From Saprolegnia diclina VS20 (Eukaryota): a stretch of DNA of 64,000 nucleotides. The notes beneath the pieces were generated by a model. The model searched no databases and was not told the origin of the DNA. It was given only the letters and a program-made list of their open reading frames with translations. The DNA is taken from contig NW_008246084.1 of NCBI RefSeq assembly GCF_000281045.1, positions 405,769-469,768 of the forward strand, given 5' to 3'. This document shows positions 1 through 12,685 of this stretch, piece by piece (the first letter of the stretch is position 1; every line of letters starts with the position of its first letter). A program made the position numbers and the translations under genes.

Positions 1-2728
1 TCGGACGCCGACTATGACAAGCTGACGGCAACTCCGGACTTTGACGCGTTTCTCTTTTGCCTCTGCGCGTCCCGTGGCGATATTGCCGGTCTCCAAGCAC
101 TTGTGGACGAGCACGGGGACGCAGCGCTGCACCGCGTGTGCAAGTGGGACCGAAGTCTCTTGCTCGCGAGCTTGCCGTGGCTCCCGGCGTCGCAGGACAC
201 ACCGCTGCATGCGGCGGTTAGCGCCGGCCAAGCACGCATGGTGGTCGAGCTCCTCGAAGAGCACCGAGTCAACCCCACCGTGTGCAACGCGTCGGGGCAA
301 AGTCCGCTCCACGTCCTCCAGTCGCACATCCCCGAAATCGCGCCAACACTCTTTGGACACGGCGGACAGCGCATCCTCGACTGCCGGGACCCGCGCGGGT
401 ACACGCCGCTCATGCTGCAGTGCGGTCGCGGCAACGCCGAAGGCGTCGTGACGCTTCTCGGGCTTGGCGCCGATCTCAACGCCGTGGCGTGGTCCAACGG
501 CACGACGGCGCTCTGCGAGGCGGTGGCGGCCGCCGATCTTAGCCTCGTGGACGTCTGCCTCTTGCGCGGCGCCAACGTGCGCCACGCGAACCTGCAGCGG
601 GAGACACCGCTGCATATCGCAGCGCGTGCCGGCCACTTGAAGCTTCTCCAGTTTCTCCTCGCGGGCGGTGCGCTCGTCTCGACGCAGAACCGGCTCGGAA
701 TGACGCCGGCCGCGGTCTTACTACAAGCACCCCCCGCCTCGTCGCAAGTGCTCTTGGACTGCCTCGTGCTGCTGGCGACGCCGTCGGTGCTCGAGATACC
801 CGACATGTGGGGCCGACGCCTCGTGCATTACGCCAGCCAGCTCGAGGTCGGTCTCAAGGACGTGATGGAGTTCCTGCTTGGGCGCGGCGCCAACGGCCAC
901 GCTCTCGACCTCTTTGGGGACGCCCCGCGCGAGTACCGACGCCACCCAAAGGACCACGGCGTACAGTACGCGCCGCCGACCGCACACATGCGGCACCTCG
1001 GCGTGACGCTCAACACCTTGGCCGACGGGAAGCTCCAGCTCCAGAGCGGCCGGCTCGAGGATCTGCTCACGTACTTGATTGCGGACAAGTCGATGCGCCT
1101 CCAGGACATGTTTGCGTTCGTCCTCAACAGCGCAACGTACATGGACATGGCGTCGCTGCTCGTGCTTCTCAAGGCCAAGACCGCCCAGAGCCAAAAGGGC
1201 CTCAAGAAGGCGTGGAGCGTCGCCAACTTCCAGCGCGACCGTACGACAATTGCATTTTCGATGTGGAGGTATCGCACGAGGCTCATTCATGGGTAGCCAA
1301 CTGCGGCGCGCTCTTCTTCCTTGCCGTCACTGCGTACTTGCATCCCGGGCTTGCGTCGACGCCCGAGTTTACCGACTGCCTTGGCGTCGTCGGAACGTCG
1401 GCGCAGCTGGCCACCTACGTGCACGGCCTCGAGCGCTACTACCGCGCGGGCGCGCCGTCGCCGCTGTACGCCGATCTGTACGACCACATGACGGGCATGT
1501 ACAGCGTCAAGCCGAGCTACGATGGCGCCCGCGCCCGCGTCGGCCGCCTCAACCCGTAGCGCTGGAAGAAGCGAGAGCGATGCTCATGGAAAATGCATGT
1601 AGGATGTCGACAAGTGCGCTCGACTTGGCGCGGCAGTGCACGCTCGTGTCGCACGCGGTCTTTGCGCAGATCCCGATCCGGCAGCTACTGCAGCCCAAGT
1701 GCAGTCACACGGGGTTCTTGGCGGCCCGGCACTGGTTCCAGCACGTACGTCCTCTCCCTCTTCCCGGTGCTCGAGCAAAAGGCGCGTAGCTCTCGGCGCT
1801 CGTGATCAACTACGTGCTGCTGGAAGAGTCGCCGCCAGCGCGCGCCGACGTCGTCGCCTTCTTTGTCGAGGTACCGGGTCGCGCTGTTTAGTGCTTGATT
1901 GCCATGTGAGACTATTGCACTAGGTCGCGGTGCAGTGCTTTGAGACGTTCCAGAACTTTGACTCGTTCATTGCGATCTTGTACGCGCTGCAGTCGACCGC
2001 CGTCTTCCGCCTCAAGCGGACCATGACCTACGTACGCAATCGACTATGTGATCGACTAAGATCCGACTCTAGTTGAGTACCGATACCGCCGAGACGCTCG
2101 CCAAGTACCAAGTGTATACCCAGAACGGGTCGCGGTAAAGATGATCGAAATGCTCCCGAGCTGATGGAGCGAGGTAGAGACATGAACCGCGTCATGAAGA
2201 CGATCAAGCCGCCCTGCATGCCCTACATTGGCCTCTATCTCCAGGTAGACTCGATGGAGCGAACTGCGGGTGCGAAGAGATCGTAGAACGTCGTCGGGCT
2301 TCACGAGCTACCCAAGTACGAGGAAGAGATGATCGTCAACTTCAACCGGCTACGCCTGCTCGGATCGCTGGCCCAAGACCTCTTGAGCTACCAGTCGACG
2401 CCGTATCCCATGGCCTCGAGCTACAAGATGGAGGTACTTGGCGGCTTCGTAGAGGAGACGATGACAATGGATACGACAGGCGCTTCTCCATGTCGACCTC
2501 GCGTTTCCGACCGACGAAGCGCGCTACGAGCGGTCCCACGCGATCGAGTCCCGCGCGTCCATCGACGCGCTCGCGGCCGAGACGACGCCGCCCGAGACGC
2601 CCCGCCGGAGCTCGGTCAGCCGCGACTCGGTCGACTCGGCGACGAGCCTCTTCCCGCGCCTGCGCTTTAGCTCGTTCTCGTCCAAGCGCGACCGGACGAG
2701 CAGTGCGACCGGTCTCGTGTGGGTTTAG
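1..2728 (+). CDS. Ankyrin-repeat RasGEF (REM + CDC25 domain) protein, 5'-partial, multi-exon
   Basis: Frame-1 ORF open from base 1 with ankyrin motifs (DTPLHAAV, GQSPLHVL, GYTPLM, ETPLHIAARAGH). REM-like SGRLEDLLTYLI...FAFVL. CDC25 motifs across short introns: ALDLARQCTLVSHAVF, NFDSFIAILYALQSTAVFRLKRT, KPPCMPYIGLYL, IVNFNRLR. Last exon from AG 2478-2479 reads EARYERSHAIESR and stops at TAG 2726-2728. Confidence 0.85.
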
Positions 2729-3022
2729 TTAGTTGATGGAAACCGACGTAGTCGATAAAACAGTCCCGTTGTGATCTTGTTTGACAGGTTCATTTTGGGT
2801 GCGTAGGCCAATATTAATATCTATATCCAATTATACTAACTATCGATTTATAAAGGTTATTGGGAAATGGAATTAGCTTGAATAATTTATTCTTAACTTG
2901 GATCTACCTTGAACGAGACATCCATTTGGACAGTATATCGAATATCAGAGTTATTGCGAATTTATAAAGTATCTACCAACCAAAAGCTGGGTCCCATTCC
3001 TGGTTCTCCACCTGCCGGGGCC

Positions 3023-6000
3023 ATGGCGGAGTCGCAGCGCAAGATGACCGAGGTCGCCGAGTTCGCGCAGCTGGCCTTCCTCTCCGCGGTCGACAATGGG
3101 GAGGTCGACGGCCAAGACATTCGGAAGGGCCTCGACATCCTCTTGACGTGCATGGTCGACGCCGGCGGGAAGCTCAAGAAGGTGCAGGCGCCGACACCAC
3201 AGGTCATTCCGCTCAGCGCACTGCGTAAGGGAAACCTTGTGCGCCCCAAGACCATCAAGCAGGTGCCGGCCATGAACCCGATCCTCGCGCGCCTCGCCGC
3301 GAAGAAGCAGCGCAAGGTCTGCGGGTACATTTTCAAAGCCGACGAGATGGCGTACAGCTGCCGCGACTGCCAGCACGACTCGACATGCGTCATGTGCCAA
3401 GCGTGCTTTGCCGACAGCAACCACGACGGCCACGACGTCTCGTTCCAGCGCACATCGGCCGGCGGATGCTGCGACTGCGGCGACACGGAGGCATGGGCGA
3501 AGGACGGTTTTTGCCACAAGCACCCGGGCCGCGACAGCGACGTGTCCAAATCGAAACCCCTCGTGCTCCCAAAGGGCATGCAAGAGGTGGCATCGCCTCT
3601 CATCAACACGGTCGTCCAGTACGTCCACGACGTCTTGGTCATGGCCGAAGACTCGGTCGAGATCACCGCCGTCATGCGCGAGCTCTGCGCGACAATCCCT
3701 CCTCATGACCGGGCGTCGTGGAAGGACTCGGACGACGCGCGCGAAGCCAGCAACACAAAGACGCGCGCCGAGCGGGACGCGGCGCCGCCCGCGACCGAGT
3801 ACGACGTGCGGCTGCACAGCGACGACGTGCACCCTTTCCAGGACGTGGTCAAGGCTATTCGCACGCACTTTAACGTCTCCAAGTCGAAAGCGATTGGCAT
3901 TGCAAACCACTCGGACGCCGAAGGCTGCTCGATCGTGTCGACGACCAACTCGCTCCGGTACGCGACGCACCTCGTGCACGCGATGGAGGGCTACACGCTC
4001 AGCGTCGCGCCCGTCCGGCACTCGAACCACATGCGGCACCTCGACGACATTCTCGAGTGGCTGCGACAGCTCTGCGAGGTCTCGGACGACCTCGCGCAGC
4101 TCGTGAGCCAAGCGATTGCGGCGCCGCGTCACGCCATCTCGCCCGACCAGCTCGTCTCGACGCTCTCGCTCGACGAGACGCTCGAGAGCTTTCTGCGAAC
4201 GCACCCGGTCAACGCCGAGGCGCATGCGTTCTTCCGCACCATGTTTCCGATGCAGACGCCGCTCTCGACGTGGATCCCGCCGTTCGACGACCAGTCGCTC
4301 GTGGCGACGTACTTGGCCGAGATGGCGCCACACACGGCCCCGATGCCGCCACCGCGGGCACTCACGTCGACGCTGACATCGCTCGTGCGCAACTATGCGC
4401 TCCTCAACAAGCCTGCGTCGCAGAAGCTCAACCGACTCTTCCACGAGCTCATTTTGAACCAGCACCTCAAGCACACGATGATGGACGCGTTTGTATCGTC
4501 GTATTTGCACAATACGAGCTCGTACCTCAAGGGCCTCGGCGCGTCGAGCGACAGCATTTTTGACTTTGCGACACAGTTGCTCACGGTACCGTCGCTGCTC
4601 GTGCCGTACATGGGCGGCGCCAACTCGATCGTGGCCATCTTGCTCTCGGCGCTCGCGTCCGTGCTCGAAACGTCGACCAAGCGCGTGTTGCTCGCAAGTG
4701 GCGTCGTGGGCACGCTCTTTCAGCCCGACAACCCCGCGATTTCCCACTCGAAGTACAAGGTACGAGCTTGTCGTTTGACAAACGAGAAACACTATGGAGC
4801 GATAGCACGCGGCCGACAACCTCGAATTTGCGCTTGGCAATGGAACCGCTGCCGATCTCATTTGCCACTCGGGCCACTTTCAGCAGTGGCTGCACTGCCT
4901 CGGCCTCTTGCAGGTACGATACGCAGGGTGTTGTCGGTGTGCTAGATCTCGTCGTTGGTGCGTAGAACTCGGACGCACAGATCCGACGGGGCCGCCATGA
5001 GCCCCATGTCGAGTACGAGTCGGACAGCTGGTTCTCGACGTTCAACCTCGGCATCAAGATGCACGCGCTTTTCCCGCTCATTCTGCAAGGTTTGACCGCG
5101 ACGGCGGTCGCGTCGGTCGGCACGTCGCTGGCCGAGCTCATGGCGGCGTCGGTCGCCGAGATCAAGCGCGTGACGCTCGAGCAGACGGTCGTCCACGCCA
5201 AGCTGCTGCCCGGCGGCACACCCGGCACGGACTATAATCTGCGCCTCGAAGACGCCAACGGCGTGTGGCGCGACGCCGCCTCGCTCCACATTCCGCTCCA
5301 TCGCTTTGTCGCGGCCTTTCTCAAGCACGTGCTGTACGTGCAGAAGGCTGACCGCTTTGACGTGTCGGATTGGACGGCGCTCGTCGGCCTCGACGCGCTC
5401 TCGCCGGACGACGTGCTCTTGCTCTTAGACGCGCCCCTCAAGTGTCTCGTCATGTCGAGCCAGATTCAGAGCAACCTCTGGCGCCGGAATGGCGACGAAA
5501 ACATGATTACACAGCTCTTCAACTACTCTGCGCTGCCGTACTGCGTCAACTACCGCGACTCGGACCTCTTTCTGCTCCAAGTGGGCATTGCGCTCCTCGG
5601 GCCCGAGCCGATGCTGCAATTGCTCTTGGACCGCTTCCATTTGGCGTCGTTTTTCCACTTGGCCGAGACAACAGGGCTAAGCGCCACGCTCGCGTACGAC
5701 GACGACCAAAACATGCACATGGTCGAGGAGCTCCTTCGGCTGCTGATTGTGCTGGCAACCAACGTGCCGTCGTCGACGGGCGCGGCGTTTGAAGAAGCCT
5801 TCTTGTCGAACGAGCTGCTCCACCACTTGATGGTCAAGTTTTCGTCGTTTTCCGAATTGAGCGAAAACATGGCGCTGCCACTCGGCGGGCAAGAGACCAT
5901 TTCGGCTGCCCGCCTCGAGCCCGTCTTGAGCAAACTGGCGACGTTTGTACCGCCGAATGGCATGGAGCCCGGCAAGTATGAGCTTTTGCCCGAGTTTATG

Positions 6001-9000
6001 GCGCAGTGCAACCCGTACCACGTGCACTTGAACCGCGAGCTGCACGAGCAAGCGCGCGACCGGTGTGCGTCGTGGCGCACGTCGCAGCCGCCGAATGCGC
6101 CGCCGCTGGTGCTGCCACCGGCGCCCTTGCCCGTGTTTGCCTCGGTCCCGCATATCCTCACGACACCGAGTACGATGAAGCTCTTGCAGCAGCTGCTCGA
6201 GACGATGGACGCGACCAACGTGTCGGAGACGGTGGTTTCCATGACGCTCGACGTGCTCGTGTTTGGGGTGCAGATGGCGATGCGCGACTCGGCGGACGAC
6301 GGCTTTTGGCGCTCGCTGCTGCCGCTCGTCCCAACCTTTCTCAAGTGCCAGCAAAACGCCGATGCGCTCGACAAGGAGCAGCACGAAGTCCTCGAGTGGA
6401 TCGTGACCGCGATCAAGGCGCACAGTCCGCTCTGCGCGGCCGCGCTGCAGCAAGCGACGCCGTGCGAAGCGGCAAAAGCAGGCGCCAGCAACGAACTCTC
6501 GCTGCAGGAGCGGAAGGAGCAGGCCAAGCAGCGCGCGATGGCGGCCATGGCCCGGCAACAGGCCATGTTTTCGCAAATGATGGCCGACGACGACGAGGAC
6601 GCGGCGGACGATGCCGACGACGAGATGGAAACGGACACGGCGGCGACGATGGGAGACGTTGCCATGGGAGACGAGAGCGGTGCCAAGAAGCGCAGTTGTC
6701 CGGACGCGTCGCCCGAGTCGCAGCACGAGAAGAAGGCCAAGGTCGAAAACTGCTGCATCTTGTGCCACGAAAGCTCCAAGCCCGACGAGATGGGCATGGT
6801 CGGCTTTGTGCACCAGTCGACGGTGCTCTCGAGTACGTTCCGGCCGCATCCGGACAATGCGCTGACGCCATCAGCAAGGGCGGCGCGCAAGGACATTGGC
6901 GCGCTCATTGAGCACATGAAGCTCGTGAGCTACCCGGAAGACGGCCCGGCGCTCTTTGCGGTGCGCGACCACCCGGCCCATGGCCGGCGCATGGCGTTTG
7001 CCGACCTCTTTTGGGACATGGAAGACGACGAAGAAGACGACGAAGAAGGCGAAGAGGGCATGCGCGAGTCGGACGACATGGACGGAGGTCGTCGCCCGCG
7101 CGCGGGGACGTCAGACATGGAGAGCGGCGGCGAAGGACCACCGATAGGGCTCCCCAACGACCATGCGTCGCCGGCGCTTGGCCCGAATCTGCCCGTCGAC
7201 GGCGACGCGCCCGTGGCCAACGCGCTCGGCGGCGTCATCCAGCAAGCGCTGCGGCGCATCCCGGTGCCGCGCCGGCGCCAGTATCGGTTCCACACGCGGA
7301 GTGCGAACAGCAGTGCGTCGGGGCTTGCGTTTGTGCCCTGTGGGCTCTTTGCGCGGACGTGCCAGCACACGGTGCACATGCGCTGTTTGGACACGTACAT
7401 TCGCACGCTGCACGAGAAGGCGCTGCGGGGCGAAGAGTTTGACGGGATGCAGGCCGTGGACGGCGACGCCAACATGACGCAGTTTCTCTGCCCGCTCTGC
7501 AAGACGCTGTGCAACATCTTGCTGCCGGTGGTCGCGGCCGAGGCGCCGCCACCATCACGGTCGCTCGCCCCGTGGCACCGCATTGTCGACGACACGTCGC
7601 GCCAGTGGCACCGGTGGTTTCGGCCGTCGTCGCACCCGATGACAGAGTCGGACGAAGTGTTTGACGTGTGGAAGGGGTACTTTGAAGAGGTGCTCTGGGA
7701 GCCCCACGGCAGCTTTGAGAAGGGCGCGCCGTTCTTGTGGTCGGCCTGCGCTTACACGATCGCCGCCACGCTTCTCGACGTCGAGGCGGACGCAACCGAC
7801 GCACCGTTTGGCATCATGAATGACGCGTGGCCCGTCGCGCTCGAGAAGGAGCTCGCGTCGCTCTCGGCCGTCGCCAAGTTTGCGCGCTGGTCGTTTTCGA
7901 TGGTGCAGTTTACGGCCGATTCGAAAGTCATTTACGAGACGGTCAAGCGCTGCTGCCCCGTCGAGCGCGAGTCGAAGCGCGAGTACAACAAGTTTACCAA
8001 GGTACGCTTCTTGTCCACGTCGTCTCTTCATCTCACGACGCTGCCTTAGATGATTGGCAGCATTGACGCGTGCATTCGGGGAACGATCCTCGGACTGTTG
8101 GTGGCCGATACGTTTACGGTACGCTGCTTTTGTCGACTCTGTATGTCCTCATGTGCACTTGCGTAGGCGTTTGTGGTCGCGAGCGTTGTGGCCGCCAACA
8201 CGGCGACGGTCGCCGAGATGGTCCCCGTCTTTGGCGTCGCCGACTACCTCCAGCGCTTTCTGGATGCGTTTTTCGTGCAAGAAAAGCTCAAGGCCGTGAG
8301 CCTCTACCACGATGTGTCGACGCTGCACGACAGCAACGCGGTCGGCGCGACGAGCTCGCGCGTGCACAACACGCGGCACCAGTCGGCCGCGTCGATCAAG
8401 ACGGTGGAAGTCGCGACACACAAGAAGACGCTGGCCAAGCTCGCCAAGTGGGAGGCCAAGACCCTCGACGACGAACATGTCAAGGGCGCGCTCGGTCTCC
8501 TTCGACGCATGTGCGAGCTCGAACCGCTGCTTCGGCTCTCAGCGCTCGGCGACTTGAAGTCGTTTACAGCCACCGTGGCCGATATCCGCGCGTCCAACCG
8601 GTTGCTGGAGCGCCGCATGCAACTGTACTACTGCTGCCTCGTCGGCAAGGACGAGTCGGTGGTCGCGCCGTCGCTGCGCCAAGTAGCTCAGAGCCCGAAG
8701 GAGGCGCTTGCGACCGTGTGGCAGTGGTGCGTCACGCGCAAGGCCGGCCAAGCCGAGCTCGGGGCCGCGTCCCAAGACGCGCAGCGCCGCTGCGAGCACG
8801 CCGATCACATGAGCGAGGCGTATGTGGCCAATATGTTTATCATCCGCGACCAAGCGACGCCTCTGCAGCTGATTGCGCTGCCGACGCAGTACGACGAGCT
8901 GTACAGCCACCACGTGCACCAGGTTTGCGCGCGCTGCCACCGCGTGCCGCGTGAGCCAGGCTTGTGTCTGGTGTGCGGCGTGCTGCTGTGCTGCGGTGAG

Positions 9001-9339
9001 TCGTGCTGCTCGTACGTGCACCAGCGCCACGGCCCGAGCATTGGCGAGTGCACGCGCCACGCAATCGAGTGCGGTGGCGGCCTTGGCCTCGTGCTCATGC
9101 TGCAGCAGTGCCGCGTCGTGCTCCTCGGCGGCTCGATGGTGGCGTATTTTCCGTGCCCATACGTGGACGCGCACGGCGAGGAAGATCAAGGGCTCCAGCG
9201 CGGCCGGCCGCTCAAGCTCGACCGCAGCCGGTACGCGCTGCTGCAGACACTCTGGCGCAGCCACCGTCTCTTTCCCGAAGTCTCGCGCTTGCGCAACCAG
9301 CGCGAGAGCCAGCAGCCCATCAACTTAACCTACATTTAA
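3023..9339 (+). CDS. UBR1/UBR2/PRT6-like N-recognin E3 ubiquitin ligase (UBR-box, ClpS-like, RING-H2, C-terminal UBR domain), multi-exon
   Basis: UBR-box CGYIFK..AYSCRDC..DSTCVMCQACF..SNHDGH..GGCCDCGD.EAW...GFC.KH. ClpS-like YDVRLHSDDVHPFQDVV. LWRRNG motif. Split RING CCILCHE...TCQHTVHMRC...FLCPLCK. C-terminal CLVCG...C..HA..CGGG...PYVDAHGEEDQGL.RGRPL. Introns near 4760-4980 and 8002-8167. Confidence 0.93.
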
Positions 9340-9378
9340 ACAAGTCGTTTGTCCTTTTGTAGTATTGACAGGTGGGGT

Positions 9379-12089
9379 TTAGGGGGGCGTTGTCGCCTGG
9401 AGGGCCAAGCGCACAATGGCCTGCGGGTTGCCGTTGGCCGCCAGCAAGATGGGGTGCGTGGCCAGTTCGCGCACGTGGCGGGGGCTTGACGACGGCTGCA
9501 GCGAGAGCAGCGCAAAGTCCTGCTGCAGCTCGCTCTCGACAAACGTCTCGTCCGTGAGCGCGAGCTCCTCGAGGCGCTGCCGGGTCACGTGGTCTTGGCG
9601 GCGCTGGATCCAAAAGAGCATGAGCTCGGCGGATTCGATCGGGTCGAGTCGCCGCAGCTTGTGCCTACGCCCACGAGGTTGATAACTTGATACGACAGGG
9701 ATCGTGCGTACTTGGATTCGGGGTACTTGGGGATAAGACACGCCTTGGTGATCATGCTGCGCGCGGTGCAGACGACTTGCAGCTCGGGCGACTGCTTGAG
9801 CCAGTCGCAGAGGAGGTCGCGAAACATGAGGCGGTCGGACTCCGTCGCTACGAGCGCGTCGCAGCCGTCCAAAACGAGCACCGACGGCCACGAGTAGTCA
9901 CTGCAGTCATAGAATTGGAGACAAGACTCAAGGTTGAAGCGCACCTTTCTGTGCCTTCGAGCGTCTGGCTCGTGTGCCGCAGGTGCGCCCACACGCTACA
10001 CATTGATGTGCTGTCGCTGTTTCAAAACAATAAGATGGCGTACGTGGACTGGGGTGGTGTCGCCGCGACGACTGTCGGGACGTCGAGGTAGCGGACGGGA
10101 CTCGTTAGCCCCACGACCCACGACGTCCGCAGCGAAATGTGGCGAGCGAGCGCCTTGGCAACGGCCGATTTCCCTGGCACAGTCATGTCAGTTGAAGCGA
10201 GAAGAAGCGACTTGCGGACCAATGCCGGCTTCGCCCGTGATGGAAATGAGTCGTCGCTTGGACGAGAGGAGTTTGGTGATCTACCAAATAGGTGACGGGG
10301 TCATCGCCACCTCGGTTATTAACCTTGAACAGATCGAGGCTGCGGTTGCAGAAGCCCTAGTCGCCGAATCAGCATTATAGGGAAAAGACACTGTTGTACG
10401 TCGCAGAGCGGAGGCAGGTTTTCGTAGAGCGGCGTCGGGCGGGGAATCCCGCGGTGCCGCAGCTTGCGCTTGGGCTCGAGTGCAAAAAGCACTTCGGTAT
10501 GGGGCGTCGTCGACGGCAACAGCACCATTGTCTACACGAAAATAGTGTACGAGACTAGCGATGCTCGTACGTTGGCGCCTTCGTCGAACTCGGCCATACA
10601 CGCTTGCGTCGCGGCTGCGACAGCTTGTTCGACGCTCTTGCGCTTGGCGAGGGCGCGGTAGAGTCCACTACGCATACCCCAAATATATAGTTGATCCCCG
10701 CGTTAGAGTATCGCAAAAGACCTCAGGAGCGCTCGGTGCACGACAGGCGAGCACTCGCGCATCACAACCACATGAGGTACGCCAATTGACACAAAGACGG
10801 CCGCTACGTCATGCATGCGCTTGCGAATGAGGAGGATGAGAGGAGCGCAATAATACCGAGGGCGTCGGCCGGGTCGTACGAGAGCACGACGAGGCGGAAG
10901 GGTGGCACTTTGCCAAAGGAGAGCGTATGGCGCAGAGCGTCGTAGCTCACAGGGTGGACGAGCGAGAGGCTGTCCTCAAAGTACACGCTGCTCGCACTGC
11001 CCCGGCCGAGAACATGCAGCACCTGGCAACGCTGCGTCGCCGTGTACTGCAGCTCTTCCAGCATGCCGGGCTTGGCCGAGACGCAAATCGACGGCACGTG
11101 GCCTACGCAGCGGTGGCACCAAGTACGGCCAGTATCGGTCGTACCCGACTGCACCGCTGCATCGTGAATGCAGTTTTGGATCAAGTGAAAGTCCGTCTCA
11201 ATCGGCAGTGCCTACGTCAGTACCTTAGACATGACAGAGTACTTGGGCGAGCGCACTGGCATCGGGTGGAACTGGCCCACGCGGTCCATGCCGGCAAAGG
11301 GAGACGCCGCAAAGACAACCTAATCACTCTCGTGGGCTACGAGCAGGCAGGCGGTGAGCGTACGATGGACGACTGCGTGGCGTGGAGCTGGCGTTTGGGC
11401 TTGGGCACGAACCGCTGCTTCGTGTCGCGGTCACACACGCGCTTGCAGAGGACGTACGAGAGGCCGGGTACGAGCTGGACGACGTCGCCCGTGCGCAGAT
11501 GCGTCTCGAGCATCATGGGTATCCGCCGCTTGTTGACCAAGATGCCTTTCGGGCTGTTGTCGCGGAGGATGACGACGCGGTCGTCGTACGTGAGCGTGCA
11601 GTGGTCGGCCCCGAGCGCCTCGACGTCGAACGAGGGCGCGAGCGGCGCGAAGAGCGTGCGCGTGATGCGCAGCGACGTGCGCGTCGAGTTGAGCTCGATT
11701 GCATAGAGGCCAAGGCTCGCCATGAGGTCGCGCTGCGCGGGCGAGAGCGCCGACGCGCTCGTCGGGTGCAGTTTGAGCGTGAAATGGCGCACGACGACCG
11801 TCTTCTTCCGTTGCTGCAGGAAGCGCGCGGCCAGCGTCGGCTTGGTCGGCGTCAGCACCCGCTGGCGCTTCGTCTGCGGCGACTCGAGCCAGCCAGGGTA
11901 CTTGACGTGGCGCGTCGTGTCGGTCATTGACGGCGTGCAAAACATCTCGCGTGGCTGCGAGACCTTGCCGGGCGACCCGTTCTCCTTGGTGATCGCCGTC
12001 GTGGGCCGCTTGGGGCGCGGTGGCGAGACGTCCATGAGGCTGTCTTCCGTGCGCGTGCGGCGGTTGGACACAGCGCGTGGCGAGCTCAT
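9379..12089 (-). CDS. FHA + CHAT-like (degenerate caspase-fold) + STAND/NB-ARC-like P-loop NTPase, multi-exon
   Basis: Exon 1 (12089-11364) carries an FHA core (DHCTLTYD...ILRDNSPKGILVNKRRI...LRTGDVVQL). GT-AG introns 11320-11363, 11212-11256 and 11103-11144 join it in frame to VVFAASPF...CQVLHVLGRG...VYFED...RLVVLS...GVPHVV...LYRAL. Then NLPPLCDGFCNR...RRLISITGEAGIGKS (Walker A split by intron 10174-10219), VLVLDGCD (Walker B), VVCTAR and GNP. Stop at 9379-9381. Confidence 0.8.
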
Positions 12090-12685
12090 GGGCCGACTCC
12101 CAGCCAGTCGTGTTTAGCGGATTGCGATCTGAGCGGCCGCGTGAAGCACGGCGCCCGAAAGAATAGGTCCCGGGTCCACCATTTAAATTCTCCCGCGCAC
12201 TTTTGCATAGAAAACATAGTATACGCCAAAGAGACATTTCAACAAAAGTAGGGGGCCCTCTGTAAAACGCTGCACGTGATGGGCGTATCATCGGGCACTC
12301 GACAGGCGCGTTCGCCTTGGTCGTTGCGGCGCGCTTCATCACAGTACTGCTATGGATGCCAATATAGAGATATCGCTGTTCTGCTCGCGCTGCAGAGTAC
12401 ATAGCTGCTTGCGGCGTTGACCCGAAGGCTCTTCTAACGACACTGGCCAGTGGCTAACATGCATGGCGCTGGATCCACCAAGCTAACATACATGTAGCTC
12501 AACGTAGCTTGGTACCGGGACTTTGTCAATGGTGTCGAGTCGACCCTGCTAGGCGTTCTCACACCGTGCTGACGTGGTCGGAAAAGGTGCGGCGGAAGAC
12601 TCAAACTAGTATGGTTGGACAGAGCACCTCGGCAGCGCGCACGACCACCAAGCTCTGCACATGACGCAGCAACGTATGATCAGTG

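Noticed and set aside
2909..3022. ORF-track N-terminal extensions from TTG/GTG starts (also 15740, 27783, 30577, 39217, 46034)
   Set aside because: In this eukaryotic context the extensions cover AT-rich promoter or UTR sequence, and homology begins at downstream ATGs.
2951..4861. Long antisense and alternative-frame ORFs (e.g. 2951-4861, 5550-6917, 19377-20936, 24107-25450, 40682-42046)
   Set aside because: They are shadows of GC3-biased real genes on the other strand or frame and carry no recognisable motifs.
12489..12496. TACATGTA palindrome (also at 30353-30360)
   Set aside because: Only two copies, with no consistent position relative to start codons, which is too little to call a functional site.
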